DNA of 60,422 nt, the filler included, from Basidiobolus ranarum (Eukaryota): NCBI GenBank assembly GCA_040143965.1. It is 11 parts of 11 records of this genome, joined end to end, with 100 filler letters (N's around TTAATTAATTAA, not from the genome) between each part and the next. Parts side by side here need not be neighbours in the genome. Positions count along the whole stretch, not along the records: positions 38,575 to 43,964 come from JASJQH010008486.1; positions 44,065 to 49,451 come from JASJQH010008487.1; positions 49,552 to 54,937 come from JASJQH010008488.1; 8 more parts are not named here. One strand, written 5' to 3'. Numbering within the stretch: position 1 is the first letter of the stretch; the number at the start of each line of letters is the position of its first letter. Both the position numbers and the translations under genes were made by a program. This document shows, in pieces, positions 40,240-52,141 of this stretch. The notes below the pieces were generated by a model. The model was not told where the DNA came from. It did no database searches and saw nothing but the letters and a program-made list of their open reading frames with translations.

Positions 40240-41585
40240 TTGGAGAAAGTGAGAGGGTTTTAATGGAGAGGACGAAAGGTCTTCATGCGTCTTATATACG
40301 ACTCCATCTACTCTGTTATCCCAACACTGGACAAGTTACCATTCAAGCAAATATCACCATGGTAGAAAATCTAAGTTTAGCTCAGATACTTGAAATAGCT
40401 ATGAGACCTGGCCAATGGTAACTGACTATCTAGGTTACACCTCTAGCCGATTTCACCTTGGATTGTCATCTTACAGATTTTCTCACTCCTGAGTTGGAAA
40501 AATCAGTATTAGGGTGCTAGCAAGGACGCTAAGCTTGTCCAATGGTGACTAGCAGCATTTCACAATGCACTTGCCCCAAATGGTTTGAAGCAAGCAATTT
40601 CCAGTTAGCTGCTAAAGTGATTTGGGAGTAGTAACACCTGTGACATGTAATGAATGGCACTCAAATACCATGGAATCACAGTTCTACAACTCAGGTGATG
40701 CTCCAAACTTTGAAACAATTTATTAGTGGTTATCTTTTGCTGGGTATGGAATACACTTATAAGAACGAGGTTTGGTATCCCGATAATAGTGCAAATCCCA
40801 TCATTCCCTGAACAAAGCTGAGACAAGAATCTATCTCTTATAGAATACATTCCTATTTAATTGATCAGCAGATGTGGTACGATGCAAAATTTCATCTGGA
40901 AGCCACCGCTTCAAAAGGGAAGGTGCGCATAAATTCTTTCCGAAAATAAGTAACTGAAACATTGGCTTTATCCACTGAAAATCTTTGCCCTTCTTTTCAT
41001 GAGCTCCATTATCGCAACGTTCCCACACTAAATACATATTTACTAGAAGTTACAAGTAGTGATGAACCATAGAGAACCAGAGCCTATGTTGGCTGGAATT
41101 CAGTATATAGATTTTTGCAAGGACATGAAGCTAATCGGAACTTTCCTTGAATATCCTAGCACTGCACTTGCCCTACATACCCATGTACTGCCAATCATGA
41201 TATGGTGTGCCATCATTAAGTGTTAGAGAGGCAAGCTACTGATTGAAATACATCCTACTTCCACTCGGTTGTTATATTTTCAAGAGTGTATATATAATCA
41301 ATAGTCACTTCGATAGTATTAAATATTCCATGTCTTCACCATTAATATGCACTAGAGACTGGCTGAGAGCGCTTGCATCAGTATTACTATGCTCCTCTTC
41401 ATTGGTATTTTGCAAAAACAGTTGCAACAGGCGTGAAGATCAAATAGCCAAACCCGTTAAGCGATGTAACTGAAAATGGATATTTATTATGATCATTAAA
41501 TTAAGCAATCGAATACACTCAAAATCTGGATTAGCATTGCCAAAGTGATAGTGGTACTAGAATAAAAATGATAAAAAATATCTGT

Positions 41586-42416
41586 TTACCTTGTGGCAAG
41601 TATTCTCTTGGAAATACTACGCCTCTTCAGTCCTAAGTTAATGTTCACCTTAAGACAGAGAGCTAAATCAATATTGAGAATACCTAGTAACTTTGCGTTG
41701 GCAACTAAAGTGGGACATCCAGACTTGTTAGATAATACTGGCGCATTTGGGCCTGAATTTTTGCCACCAAGACATACGTTGGCATCAACCTTGATTCCAA
41801 GGAGTTGAACCTTAGCGCGGATATCTTGACATGTGGGATGAGATCCATTTCCATTACCTCCATTTCCCGGATAGCCTCCATTATTATCACCCGAACCACC
41901 AACACAAAGATCCACACCAAGTAGCTTAGAGACTCCGACATTAGCTCCAATAGCACAGCGATTGCCATCACCGCCACTGTTGTTACCTCCATCGCCTCCT
42001 AGGCAAACTTCAGCCTTTACAGGAATTCCCAAGAGACGAAGATCAGCAACCAAATCAGGACAAGTGCTTCCACCTGAGAGTGGGGGATATTTACTTCCAC
42101 CATTTCCATCCTTACCTCCTAGGCAGACATTGGCATCAATGTTAATCCCAAGAGCACGTAATTTTGCTACAATTCCGTTACAAGTAGGTACTCTTCCACC
42201 TCCACCGTTGTTACTTCCATGGCCACCATTACCACCGCCAGAATCACCTGGGTAGCTGCCTTTACCATTATCGTCTTGATAGCCTTGCTCGTACTTATTT
42301 CCAGGACTTCCACTACCACCTTTGTAGCCACTATTATGTAACTCCTCGGAACTACTTCCATCATTCAAGCAAAGACCAGCTTTAACTTTAATTCCCAATG
42401 CTTCCACTGCCAGTAC
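41586..42416 (-). CDS. Gly/Asn-rich protein with 5-6 Cys-bracketed hydrophobic repeats. N-terminal exons unresolved
   Basis: 273-codon ORF with repeats C-x3-[IL]xAxLx(L)LGIxVxAxVCLGG. An acceptor-like AATAG precedes VLAVEALG. Confidence 0.8.
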   Translation of the reverse strand, partial: VLAVEALGIKVKAGLCLNDGSSSEELHNSGYKGGSGSPGNKYEQGYQDDNGKGSYPGDSGGGNGGHGSNNGGGGRVPTCNGIVAKLRALGINIDANVCLGGKDGNGGSKYPPLSGGSTCPDLVADLRLLGIPVKAEVCLGGDGGNNSGGDGNRCAIGANVGVSKLLGVDLCVGGSGDNNGGYPGNGGNGNGSHPTCQDIRAKVQLLGIKVDANVCLGGKNSGPNAPVLSNKSGCPTLVANAKLLGILNIDLALCLKVNINLGLKRRSISKRILATR

Positions 42417-42735
42417 CTATTCACTGCAGTTCAGTTTTTCAATGACCTTGGAGTTGTAATTCTAATCTCATATTAGAAGGATCTCACTGATACGTGGCAA
42501 ATACCGCAATAACGAAATCCTAGATGAACAAAGTGGGCTGTTGTCACAAGAATATTATACTATCTCTAAAGTACTGATGGTCACTGTCTCTAAAATAAAA
42601 CTACAACTAAAAAACGCTTACTCTTGAGATATGGAGACTTTGTCTGGGCTGGAGACCTGGTTAAATGAAAATATATAACAGGATATATCTTTATTGTTGG
42701 ATAAAAAGTTATCGCCTGGAATACTTACTGAAGCT

Positions 42736-43083
42736 TGTTGAAATTAGCATTGCCTAAACACCTATATAGTCATATATAGCTTAGTACTTAGTTATCTTAT
42801 ATTTCACCAAGATATTACCCATTATTCTCATGAGGAATTTACTTGGAATATTGACACCAACTTTGAAGTTCTCAGATATATAGATTTTTCAAACGTGTGC
42901 TAGAAGCCCCAAACTTTGCACACATGTTCCTGGGACCTTTCTAAACACATTCTACACGTTATTTTGTTTACATCTTGACAAAACTATAAATGTCAACTTT
43001 CAACTCAATAAATCAATAAGCGAAAACCACCAATTTCTCTAACTCTCCAAACCACTTCCAACAGGCTCCCAAATACTTTAACA
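42736..43083 (+). mobile_element. Solo LTR, copia family B
   Basis: TGTTGAAATTAGCATTGCC...AAATACTTTAACA, homologous to 52142-52485 and 26683-27031. No PBS or PPT alongside, and no clear TSD. Confidence 0.88.
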
Positions 43084-43348
43084 ACATGAATTTACAAAAA
43101 TATCCTGAGAGTTAAACTAGTTACATCTCAGCAAGTAATAGATGTGAGGAAATGAGTATAGTATACATTTTTGCTTTATTTCTTGACAAAAATCGAAATA
43201 GAATGCTCCAACCAAGCATTTGCATAAAGCGCTTTTCAAAATTTACTGACAAGTTTGAAACATATCACTTGTGGAACTAACAGAATGGGTAAAATTGGTG
43301 AGGTGATAACTCGAAGTTGCTACTCAAATAACATCCTTAGTAACTTAC

Positions 43349-43963
43349 GGCAATGTCTTCCAATTCACTGTCTGTTTCATTATCATCGTAACCCCCAATC
43401 TCTTCAGTGTTTATTTCCATTGGAGCCTCCCCGTACTTCGCAATAGGAGAACTATACCCTGTGGTTTTCTTAGTCCCCTTACCTTGAAGGTCTTTGGTAG
43501 TCATCTGTGAGTAAGAACCACTCCCTTTAGTTGGTGCTTTATTCCCTTTGGTGTGCGTATTACTCTCCTTGGCGTATGAGTTACCTCCTTTGGTGTGAGT
43601 CTTACCCTTTTGGGAGAGAGAATAATCCGTTTTGGAATTTGAGTTCTCTGAATTTAGACTCGAAGATTGGTATTTTCTTAGGGACTCTATATCGAAGTCA
43701 TCGTCTAAGAAGTCTTCACTTTGAAATTGACGGCTTAAGCCTCCGTTGCCATTGAATCCATTCGAACGAAACTCTAAATCATTCAGAAGATCGAAATCAG
43801 AGTCTTCACTCGAAGCGCCAAAAAACCCTTCAAAATTAGAGGAGTCATCGTTAAATCTAAAGCCATTATTTTTCTTCGCAGTACACTTCCACTTCCCATC
43901 ACAGTCTAGCTTACAAACTTTGGAGCGAGTTCTTCTAGCTCCAGTAGAGGGGTCATAGATTTC
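43349..43963 (-). CDS. Internal/3' exon of an unknown low-complexity protein (~205 codons), 5' part cut by contig end
   Basis: Uninterrupted frame EIYDPSTGARRTRSKVCKLDCDGKWKC...THTKGG...DSELEDIA ending at a GTAAGT donor. Missed by the ORF track. Confidence 0.65.
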
Positions 43964-44354
43964 CNNNNNNNNNNNNNNNNNNNNNNNNNNNNNNNNNNNN
44001 NNNNNNNNTTAATTAATTAANNNNNNNNNNNNNNNNNNNNNNNNNNNNNNNNNNNNNNNNNNNNGGAGTGAACCTGTGGTGCAATAGGTGAAGAAGACTC
44101 CAGAGTATATTAACCTTCCAACAAAGGGCTCTTTTCAATGTGCTCAAGGGTTTTCACATTGTTTGAGCAAAATAACAGCAACAAAGCCCAATCCATAGAC
44201 ACAGAGTAAGTACCTCTATAATTCAGACTAATTGGTTTGTATAATAATCAAATGGTATTTGTAGGAAAGATGTAAGACATACTTCTTTGTGAGATAGATT
44301 GAGATTCACTATTATTGTTTTGGCCATGGGGTAACTATTCAAGCAATGACACAA

Positions 44355-44961
44355 CCACTGGTGGCAGGACATTTGTTGACTGCAAGTTGGGGATATATTA
44401 GTTGAATTCTCCTATGGAAATTTGCCAAAATCTAAGAGCTTATTCTCTTTGTGAATGGTAACAAGAGTCAGCTATTTGCCAAGTGTCAGTGCTATTCAAA
44501 ATTTCAGATGTTTAGCAATTTTTCCACCATTAGTTTGCTGGTAAAGCATATTGAAGTTGTTGAGTTATGTCTGATCAGTCAAGTATGTGCATATGTAGAG
44601 ACTAAACACCACAAGATTCTTGTATATGTTGATTCTCATTATGGCTGGGATACAAAGCCTAAATTAACTAAATAAAGGTATGCATATTAACTCAAATTCC
44701 TACAGCAGTATACCCAGTAATTTGCCATTTGAAAATTAGATTTTTGCAAGAATTGCCAGAAATTAAATAACACATGCCTAATATGAGGAGCAATTTTTTA
44801 ACATGTATGAATACCATCAAGATACTGTCAAGAAACTACCTTCACACCATTGAAATCCCTTGCAGAATGCAAGCCACCAATATTGTGATGGCTCTCTGAT
44901 GGTATTGCAATCCAGAAGGGTGAATCGAATCTGGATCAAATTGATTTTATTTTTGTTAGAG
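44355..44961 (-). mobile_element. Second copy of the ~600-bp putative DNA transposon end
   Basis: Collinear with 16560-17165. Confidence 0.6.
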
Positions 44962-46070
44962 CCAACCCAATTATGCAAGTTGATGTAAGCCAGAACAATG
45001 GAGAAAATAGCTATCTGGTGATCTTTTCAGCAGAAATTCAGGCTACTGAAATGCCTAATACAATCCCTGAATTTTCAGAACCTTTATCTCAAATCAGGAG
45101 ATCAAAGCAAATCCAAAATGGCTCTGATTACCAGATAAGGAGTTCAAAAACTAGGTCTATGCCTATGCAGCACAAGTACTTGAGCCCCAGACTGTAAAAG
45201 AGGCCTGGAAAAGCCCTCACATGAAATTTTGAAGTTTTTCAATGGCTGATGAGAACCAGGCTTTGATTGATAATCCAGCTAGCATTTTAATAAACTTACC
45301 TGATGTGAGAAAATTGATTTACTGCTGTTAACACATGTAGGCTATTATCATAATTCCACAACTATAGTATTCTGAGATAGTCAAGGTTATATCTTAGCTA
45401 GAAATCTTACATTTCATACTAGAAGCAAATATACAGTATTAGATATTGTTTTAATAGAGAAACTATAGAGAGTAGATTTGTTGACTTGGCTTATTGTTCT
45501 ACAGAAAATACAATTGCTAATATATTAACCAAATCACTGGACTTGTTCCCAGTGATAGTGCCAGATTGTGCTGTTTATATCATATTGGATAAAGTATTCT
45601 AAAATTTATGTGGCACAATTTGGCACTATTCAGCACCCTTGGACATGAGCAATTTCAATCACAACTACTCTAATATATTGAGCCAAGGTCGAATAAATCC
45701 TGGCACAACAGGACAAGTCCATTAGCTAGAGAGAAATTTGAGAAATTTAGACCTTACTTAGGATTAGTTTACATGTCAATTTACTTGTAGGAGAGTGCTC
45801 AAATTAGCATTGCCTAAGCATATATATAGTCGTATATAGCTTTGAACTTAGGTGTCCTATCTTTGACTAAGATATCACCGATTATTCTCAATTAGAATCT
45901 ACTTAAAATATTTGTACTAACTTAGAAGTTCTCAAAGATATAGATTTTTCACACTTGTGCTAGAAGCCCCAACCTTTGCACACGTGTCTCTGGGACCTTT
46001 CTTAAGACATTCTACATGTTAGTTTTCATACATCTTGATAAAACTATAAATATCAACTTTCTACTAAAAT
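44962..46070 (+). mobile_element. Decayed copia family B 3' region with PPT and partial 3' LTR (from 45796)
   Basis: ANILTK[MITE]LAREKFEKFRPLLGL, followed by GTAGGAGAG|TGCTCAAATTAGCATTGCC. Confidence 0.82.
45539..45720 (+). mobile_element. MITE copy inserted in copia RNase H (flanks ACT/ATT)
   Basis: 182 bp with TIRs. Removing it rejoins the degenerate TKPL motif region. Confidence 0.92.
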
Positions 46071-47693
46071 TATCTGTTATACTGATTGGCTCAGCAATAT
46101 CTCAAAATACTGCCTATGGTAACGAGAAATTGCAAGATTTGGAGGTTCAATTGGATATTAGCAATCCTAGTATATACTAATTCAAGAGCTTTACAACCTT
46201 TAAAAGTAGTATACTGCAGAAGCTGTCACACTTTAAATGCTTGATCAGAATATCAATGGTATAGCCACGTGTATCAATACTGTCCAACACGTCGATTACT
46301 TTGTTGATACCTCTACTTATGAGAATACACGATGAAATCACGAGAGTCAAGTAGATGAACACCATCGGACCAAGAACTCATTCAACTCTCGATGGATACA
46401 CTTCGTAGTAGTTACTCTAAATGCAAAAAGTGCGCCACTATCATGACTTGCTTTTGAGAGATTAGTACCTTGCTTTTACACTGCTTTGAGTGGACACAAT
46501 TGATGTTTGGTGGAAATCAAGTTCGAAGGATAGTAATTCTTATTCTATCACATGTATTCCATGACTTGAGTTGACCAAACTACACACTGTAATTGTAACT
46601 GTATATCAAATACAGTTGTCAAAAACCTAAATTGGCCAAGGGAATTAATAGCACTTATATCATATTATATGGATGCTACAGTGAGTATGCCACTGTGTCA
46701 TACTATTTAGGACATAAGTAATTGCATGTCTTAATGTAGAAATAGACTTTCAAGCTACTTTATGAGTAACATTATAGTGATGAGCAGAAGTACGCAAACA
46801 CAGATTCTCTTCAAGAAATAGTAGTTAGATGCACAGGGTGCATAGCATTATTTGCACACCAATAAAGATATCAACTTGGAGGATTGGTGCAAAATTTAAT
46901 AGTCACAATATTCCAGTATTATTCTACTCTTGGTGAATAAAATGTAGCTTTCAAATGAAATCGGTTGATTTATAATGCGCTAATGATAGTTATTTTGGAA
47001 ACTGTGACGATAGAATTCCTAAGTATTCTAATTGTCAATAGCGTTTGACGAAGAATGCCCATCCGGAATCACTTGGAGTGAATGGTCGGTAGTAGGCTCT
47101 TATGCATACACAACTATGGTGAATAATCTATATATAGAAGATGAATTTACAATCCGTTGGCGTTGATCTATGTATTTGTACCACCAGCAATTACACGGAA
47201 AAGCGCCAAATTACTCATGAGCATCTACAAATGCTCAATGTGACATCAACTTGGCAGCGCCAAGTTTGTTTATATGTAAATCGGCAGTGGTTTATTACTG
47301 TTTTAGAGAGCATTTGGGAGTTGAAGTATTATTGCTGGTAACCTGGTATTTGATCTTGAGAAGTAAAAATAGCGCAGCCTCAGGCGCTCCTCTCATCTAA
47401 TTGCAAGATTTGTTGCAAATATACTTGCCTATGATACATGGGAAGGATTTTGGTGAAACCAAATTTTAATCATGAACGCCTGCCAATTTACAAATCTATC
47501 TTCTGCTTCCATATCCAGAAATCCAACTCCCTTGTTTGACCCGCGAAAAAAGAAAAGTTTGTAACCACAAGCTTATATAAAATGCACTTGAAGGTGAGTT
47601 GACTCTCAATTAATATATCCTTCATATCATCATTATCTCTAGAAGAGATATTACAACTTTCATTTGCAACTCTGAATCCGGAATTCAAATACT

Positions 47694-48484
47694 ATGATTA
47701 GCACTAAACTCGTTACCGTTACTGTCGCTGCCATCCTTCTCTTCGTGACCTTGGCTGAGGCACATTCTTGGGTTGATTGTATGGATTGGAGATTCAAGCA
47801 CTCCAAGAACAGAAGTTTCCACGACAAGGATGGCGATTGCTATGGCTTTGCTCGTCGCTATCTTGTCAAATCCAAAGGAGGCAAGTTTACTCCTGCTCAG
47901 GCATTTGGCTCCCAAGATTCCGCTGATCCAAACCGCCACTATAAGCAATCTGAGAAACACCCTGGTAAGGACGATGTTCCGTAACAATAGTAGAAATACA
48001 TTAAAAATTTACCATTCTCTTCATTTTAGATGACTGGCCCGCATGCTCTACCGGAAAACGTTACCGTGGTGGCGACGGTGAAGAAGTGGGCTCTGATGAG
48101 ACACGTGCTAGCCCCATTGATAAAGCTTATGGTGGTAAGTGGGGTCCTATGACTGTAGCGAAGCCTGGACAAGAAATCTGCGTTCGTTGGCCCGCTAAAA
48201 ACCATAAGGATGAACCCAAAAATATTGTCTATATCAATATGCCACCCACTCCTCTCGCTAAGGATCCTTCCCAGAAACAACTTAACAAGTGGACCATTGC
48301 CACCTTGAACTACGGAAATTGCTTCGCCGGAGGTTCCGATAAAGCGCGTTGTGGTGGCTGCTTTACCATCCCCAAGGATCGTAAAGCTGGCGATTATCTC
48401 ATTCAATGGAGATGGATGTTGCGAGGTGAGGATAACGTACCTGAATGGTATACATCTTGCTCAGATGTTCGAGTTACCAAATAA
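47694..48484 (+). CDS. Secreted 241-aa LPMO-like (histidine-brace candidate) protein. Exons 47694-47964, 48030-48484
   Basis: A 23-aa signal peptide ending AEA, then HSWVDC. Motifs CVRWPAKNH and YLIQWRW...EWYTSCSDVRV. A GTAAGG..TTTTAG intron joins the ORFs in frame. Confidence 0.8.
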
Positions 48485-51400
48485 GCAGAATTCTTGCCCA
48501 GGAATTTTCTACATGGCTTATAATTTTGCATTGTCGCTAACTTGCAGTGCTCCTTGGTTACCAAGTTTGGATTAATAAAGCATAAAAATTAAACTTAATG
48601 ATAATAGCCTCAGATCACTCTATTTCAAGGGACCTGAAAAAACATCCTGTATCACAGGCAGAACTGCGTCAGGGTGAATATTTTTATTTATCCTAAGAGT
48701 CCCAGTTTTTACTAGCTCAGATCGAAATGTTTCAAAAATTGAACTGACACTCCAGAAAACTCTTTCTTCATGTATAAATTTTGTTGGTTAGCAGTTATAA
48801 GCGTTTAATTGGTGGATAACCCGATTCAAGCTAGTAATGTAAAACCCAGTTTTCTATTCCTCGAACTACGGCTATAAAACTCACCCTTAGTAACCAAATA
48901 GAATGACCTGTAAGCACATACACATCCAGTGCCTTTATCCTCGCGTTAATCAGTCAATTTACTTACATATATTACCCCAACTGTGCGAGATTGGTTCCTG
49001 ACTCTCGTCTGTCAAGGATTTGGGTAAAGACAGGCATAGAGTTCAGATGAGATCCAAATGCTGTGTCTGTTATATAGCAGTATGTTATTCGGAATTTCCC
49101 ACAACATGCACTTTCCATGGTAGAAGTTGCCGCTGAGTGGCTCATAGGCAATATTGCTCTGTTAAGATTTCGCTTCTAGTATTATGGAGTGGCCAAAGAT
49201 ACCTAAAATAGAATTTCTATTATAGAGAGGAAAATGCTGCTATGTGGTAAACTTCCATTCATGGAGGGGATGACTACGCCAGTCAAAAGTCTCTTCAATG
49301 TTCCACAGCCATGTCTGATAGATTGGTGAAGCTATATGGAGCCTTGCTTCTTCAGTAGAAACGTTCTCTTTCTTAATTTGGAACCCATATTGCCTGTGCC
49401 GAATAAAGTAAATTCTAGTCATATGAGCTTTCAATCCTGTTGGAAGGTTTANNNNNNNNNNNNNNNNNNNNNNNNNNNNNNNNNNNNNNNNNNNNTTAAT
49501 TAATTAANNNNNNNNNNNNNNNNNNNNNNNNNNNNNNNNNNNNNNNNNNNNATTCCTTATTCGGCTATCATACTGCAAAATTGTCACATAACATCTCAGG
49601 CATCCTGAAGGTCAAATTAATCCTTTACCAAGCCTTGCAAGTCAACTGTTGAGCTAGTAAAGAGACAATCGTTCTGTATTACCCCTTTTTGGATGTATAT
49701 TGAATAAGGTAGTGATAATAAAACTACTTAAGCACCCTTAATTTGATGAAAGTAACTAAGCGACGCATGAATACTGCCAGAGTAGCACAAGATGCTAGAA
49801 ATATAGAAAATACTGTTTGTACGCTTACAAGGGCACGCATCATTGTAAAAAATGTACCACAATCCTGTGGTAAACCTTCTAATTAAATATTTCTTTTTAT
49901 TCAGATAATTTTCTAGTTACAACTACTTCAGATTCTTCACTCAATAGCTCCAAATGGTTAAAAGTTGTGTTGTAGTAAAAAATTCAAGCAACTTGCTCAA
50001 CAACGGTTTAAACATGCACACGATCATTTTCAAAATGTATCATTGAAATGATGTAACAGTGCATATGTCTGATGCAGATAAATTACTGGTTGATTGAGAA
50101 TAATGCATATGGAACAGTAGAAGCAGTGCTTCATGGGATTGCCCAGTATGCCAAAGAGCAATCTGAAATAGCACATCCGGAGCAAGACACATTATGCTTA
50201 CATCAAGGATGATTTCTACTCGGTTCGAATCCATTTCTAATAAGAAGCAGAGATCATAAGATGAAGCTATTCAAAATATGTCATCCTATTCGAAGAAACG
50301 ATTATCGTGATGAACTTTGCACGTCAGTTGTTAGAATTCATAAGAACTGAGTAAGATATAGTAAGTCAATGTATAACATTCTTATTACTACGTGATGGAA
50401 AAATATTTGAACTCCGAGTTTGGGAAACTTTCATGCAAGATAGTGCTCAGGGAGGCCGAAAATATGGTTACAATGGCATTTGTGTGAGACCCTACTAGCA
50501 ACAAGAGCTGGAATGGCCTACGCATGTCGTGTTCACAACCCAAACCTAACCTTTTGGATCTTTAAGCCGATAACACATCTCGAAAATGATCCACTTATTA
50601 GATTTGATGTAGAACCAGTGATAAAAGGATATCTTGAAGCCCAATTGCTCAACAAGAATCATGTCGCCATGGGAAACAAAGAGGCTAAAACATTTTCAGA
50701 ACTCGTGAATCAAAGAGACTTTTTCAAGACCACCAATAATGCAATCCTTGATCGCTTGACAGAGGAAGTTAAGAACTCGAAGTAAATGGATGTATACAGA
50801 GCTGATAATGCTTTGGCCAGACCGGCTCTAGATTAGGGTTCAATTATCATGCTGATTTCCCACAGTACCTAGAATGCACAGATAAATTTGTAGAAACGCA
50901 TCCGTTGGTAAATAGGGATCAGCAGTACGTGACGAAGCAAGCAAGGAAGAGAATGCGAGTCGTTTGTAACTTGCACCAAGTCATATATAAAGTTAATCGG
51001 TACATTTTAGAGAAACCCAAAATATGAACTTAATTATAGAGTTTGTGGAAGCCTATCAATCAAGGAAATAATACGTCAGACTACTGTGACCCAATAACTA
51101 TTTCGTGAATAAAATGTGGCATCTTTCACAGGGGATATTGAATGTCGAAAAGCAAATGGTAAGAGATCATCATTCCATTAAATGTCTCAGGTAAAAACTA
51201 TGTCATACCTATTTGTAACAGAATTGGGGCAAGGGAATGGAGTCATTGGCTCTGTGTATGAATCAGTATCTAACGTAAATAATTGAAGGAAAGATTGTGC
51301 TATTTTTGATTCCAATAATGCTAGGATGATTCATGAGCTTTCTATATCCATGACTACGTTGCCAAGCATAGTCATGAAATATAAGCGCTTTGACAATTAT

Positions 51401-52141
51401 AACTGAGGTGGTAATGGCTAACATTAAAACTTAGTATTGATTTTATTTACAATGCGGATACGAGTTCCCACCTCTACCCTCCAACAATAAACTAAGTATT
51501 AATAGGTTCGTTTAGGTTTATCAGATTGTGTATTTAAGCCCATATAACTATGGAGTCATTACGTTATAACATTCGTACAAATCCGTGTCTCCTTGAGCAG
51601 TAGATATTTCACGTTTTCAACAAGTATCAACCTCAAACTCAGAATATATCAAGAATTCTACATCAATTTGAATCATCTTTATAATTCTTCGGTTATTTCA
51701 GAGCAGTCATAGTAACCGTATATATATATATGTAGCTATAGCTATACTGATGTTTTGACAGTAGGAATATTATGGCAGTATTGCAGTGAGGATACTAACA
51801 TCTTCAGCATTTATATAATACTTTTCAATATATAGGAGGATTTACCTTGATATATTTTGTCATTACCACAGGTTATTATTGCGAAACATATGTAACTTAG
51901 TTTAAGCTATCCCTTGTCTGATGGAAAAAGTCTAATATATTCCAGATATCCCTGGTTTTTGAAAGCCCTTCACTAGACTGAGTCATTTTATTTGCATATG
52001 ATTCAAGATTCATGTAGCATAATATATAATTCAGTATATTGGATGTTCTATGAGTCAACTGTATAAGGTTCTTTTTGAAGAAGGCGTCCAACGTATAAGA
52101 CAAAGCAGCCTGTGTAGTCAATACTTTCCTTACAATATTTT

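Noticed and set aside
41593-42364. Antisense and alternate-frame ORFs over the Gly-rich gene (likewise over the LPAAT, HRP1-like, kinase and His1 genes)
   Set aside because: Shadow ORFs expected from the codon bias of the real CDS.
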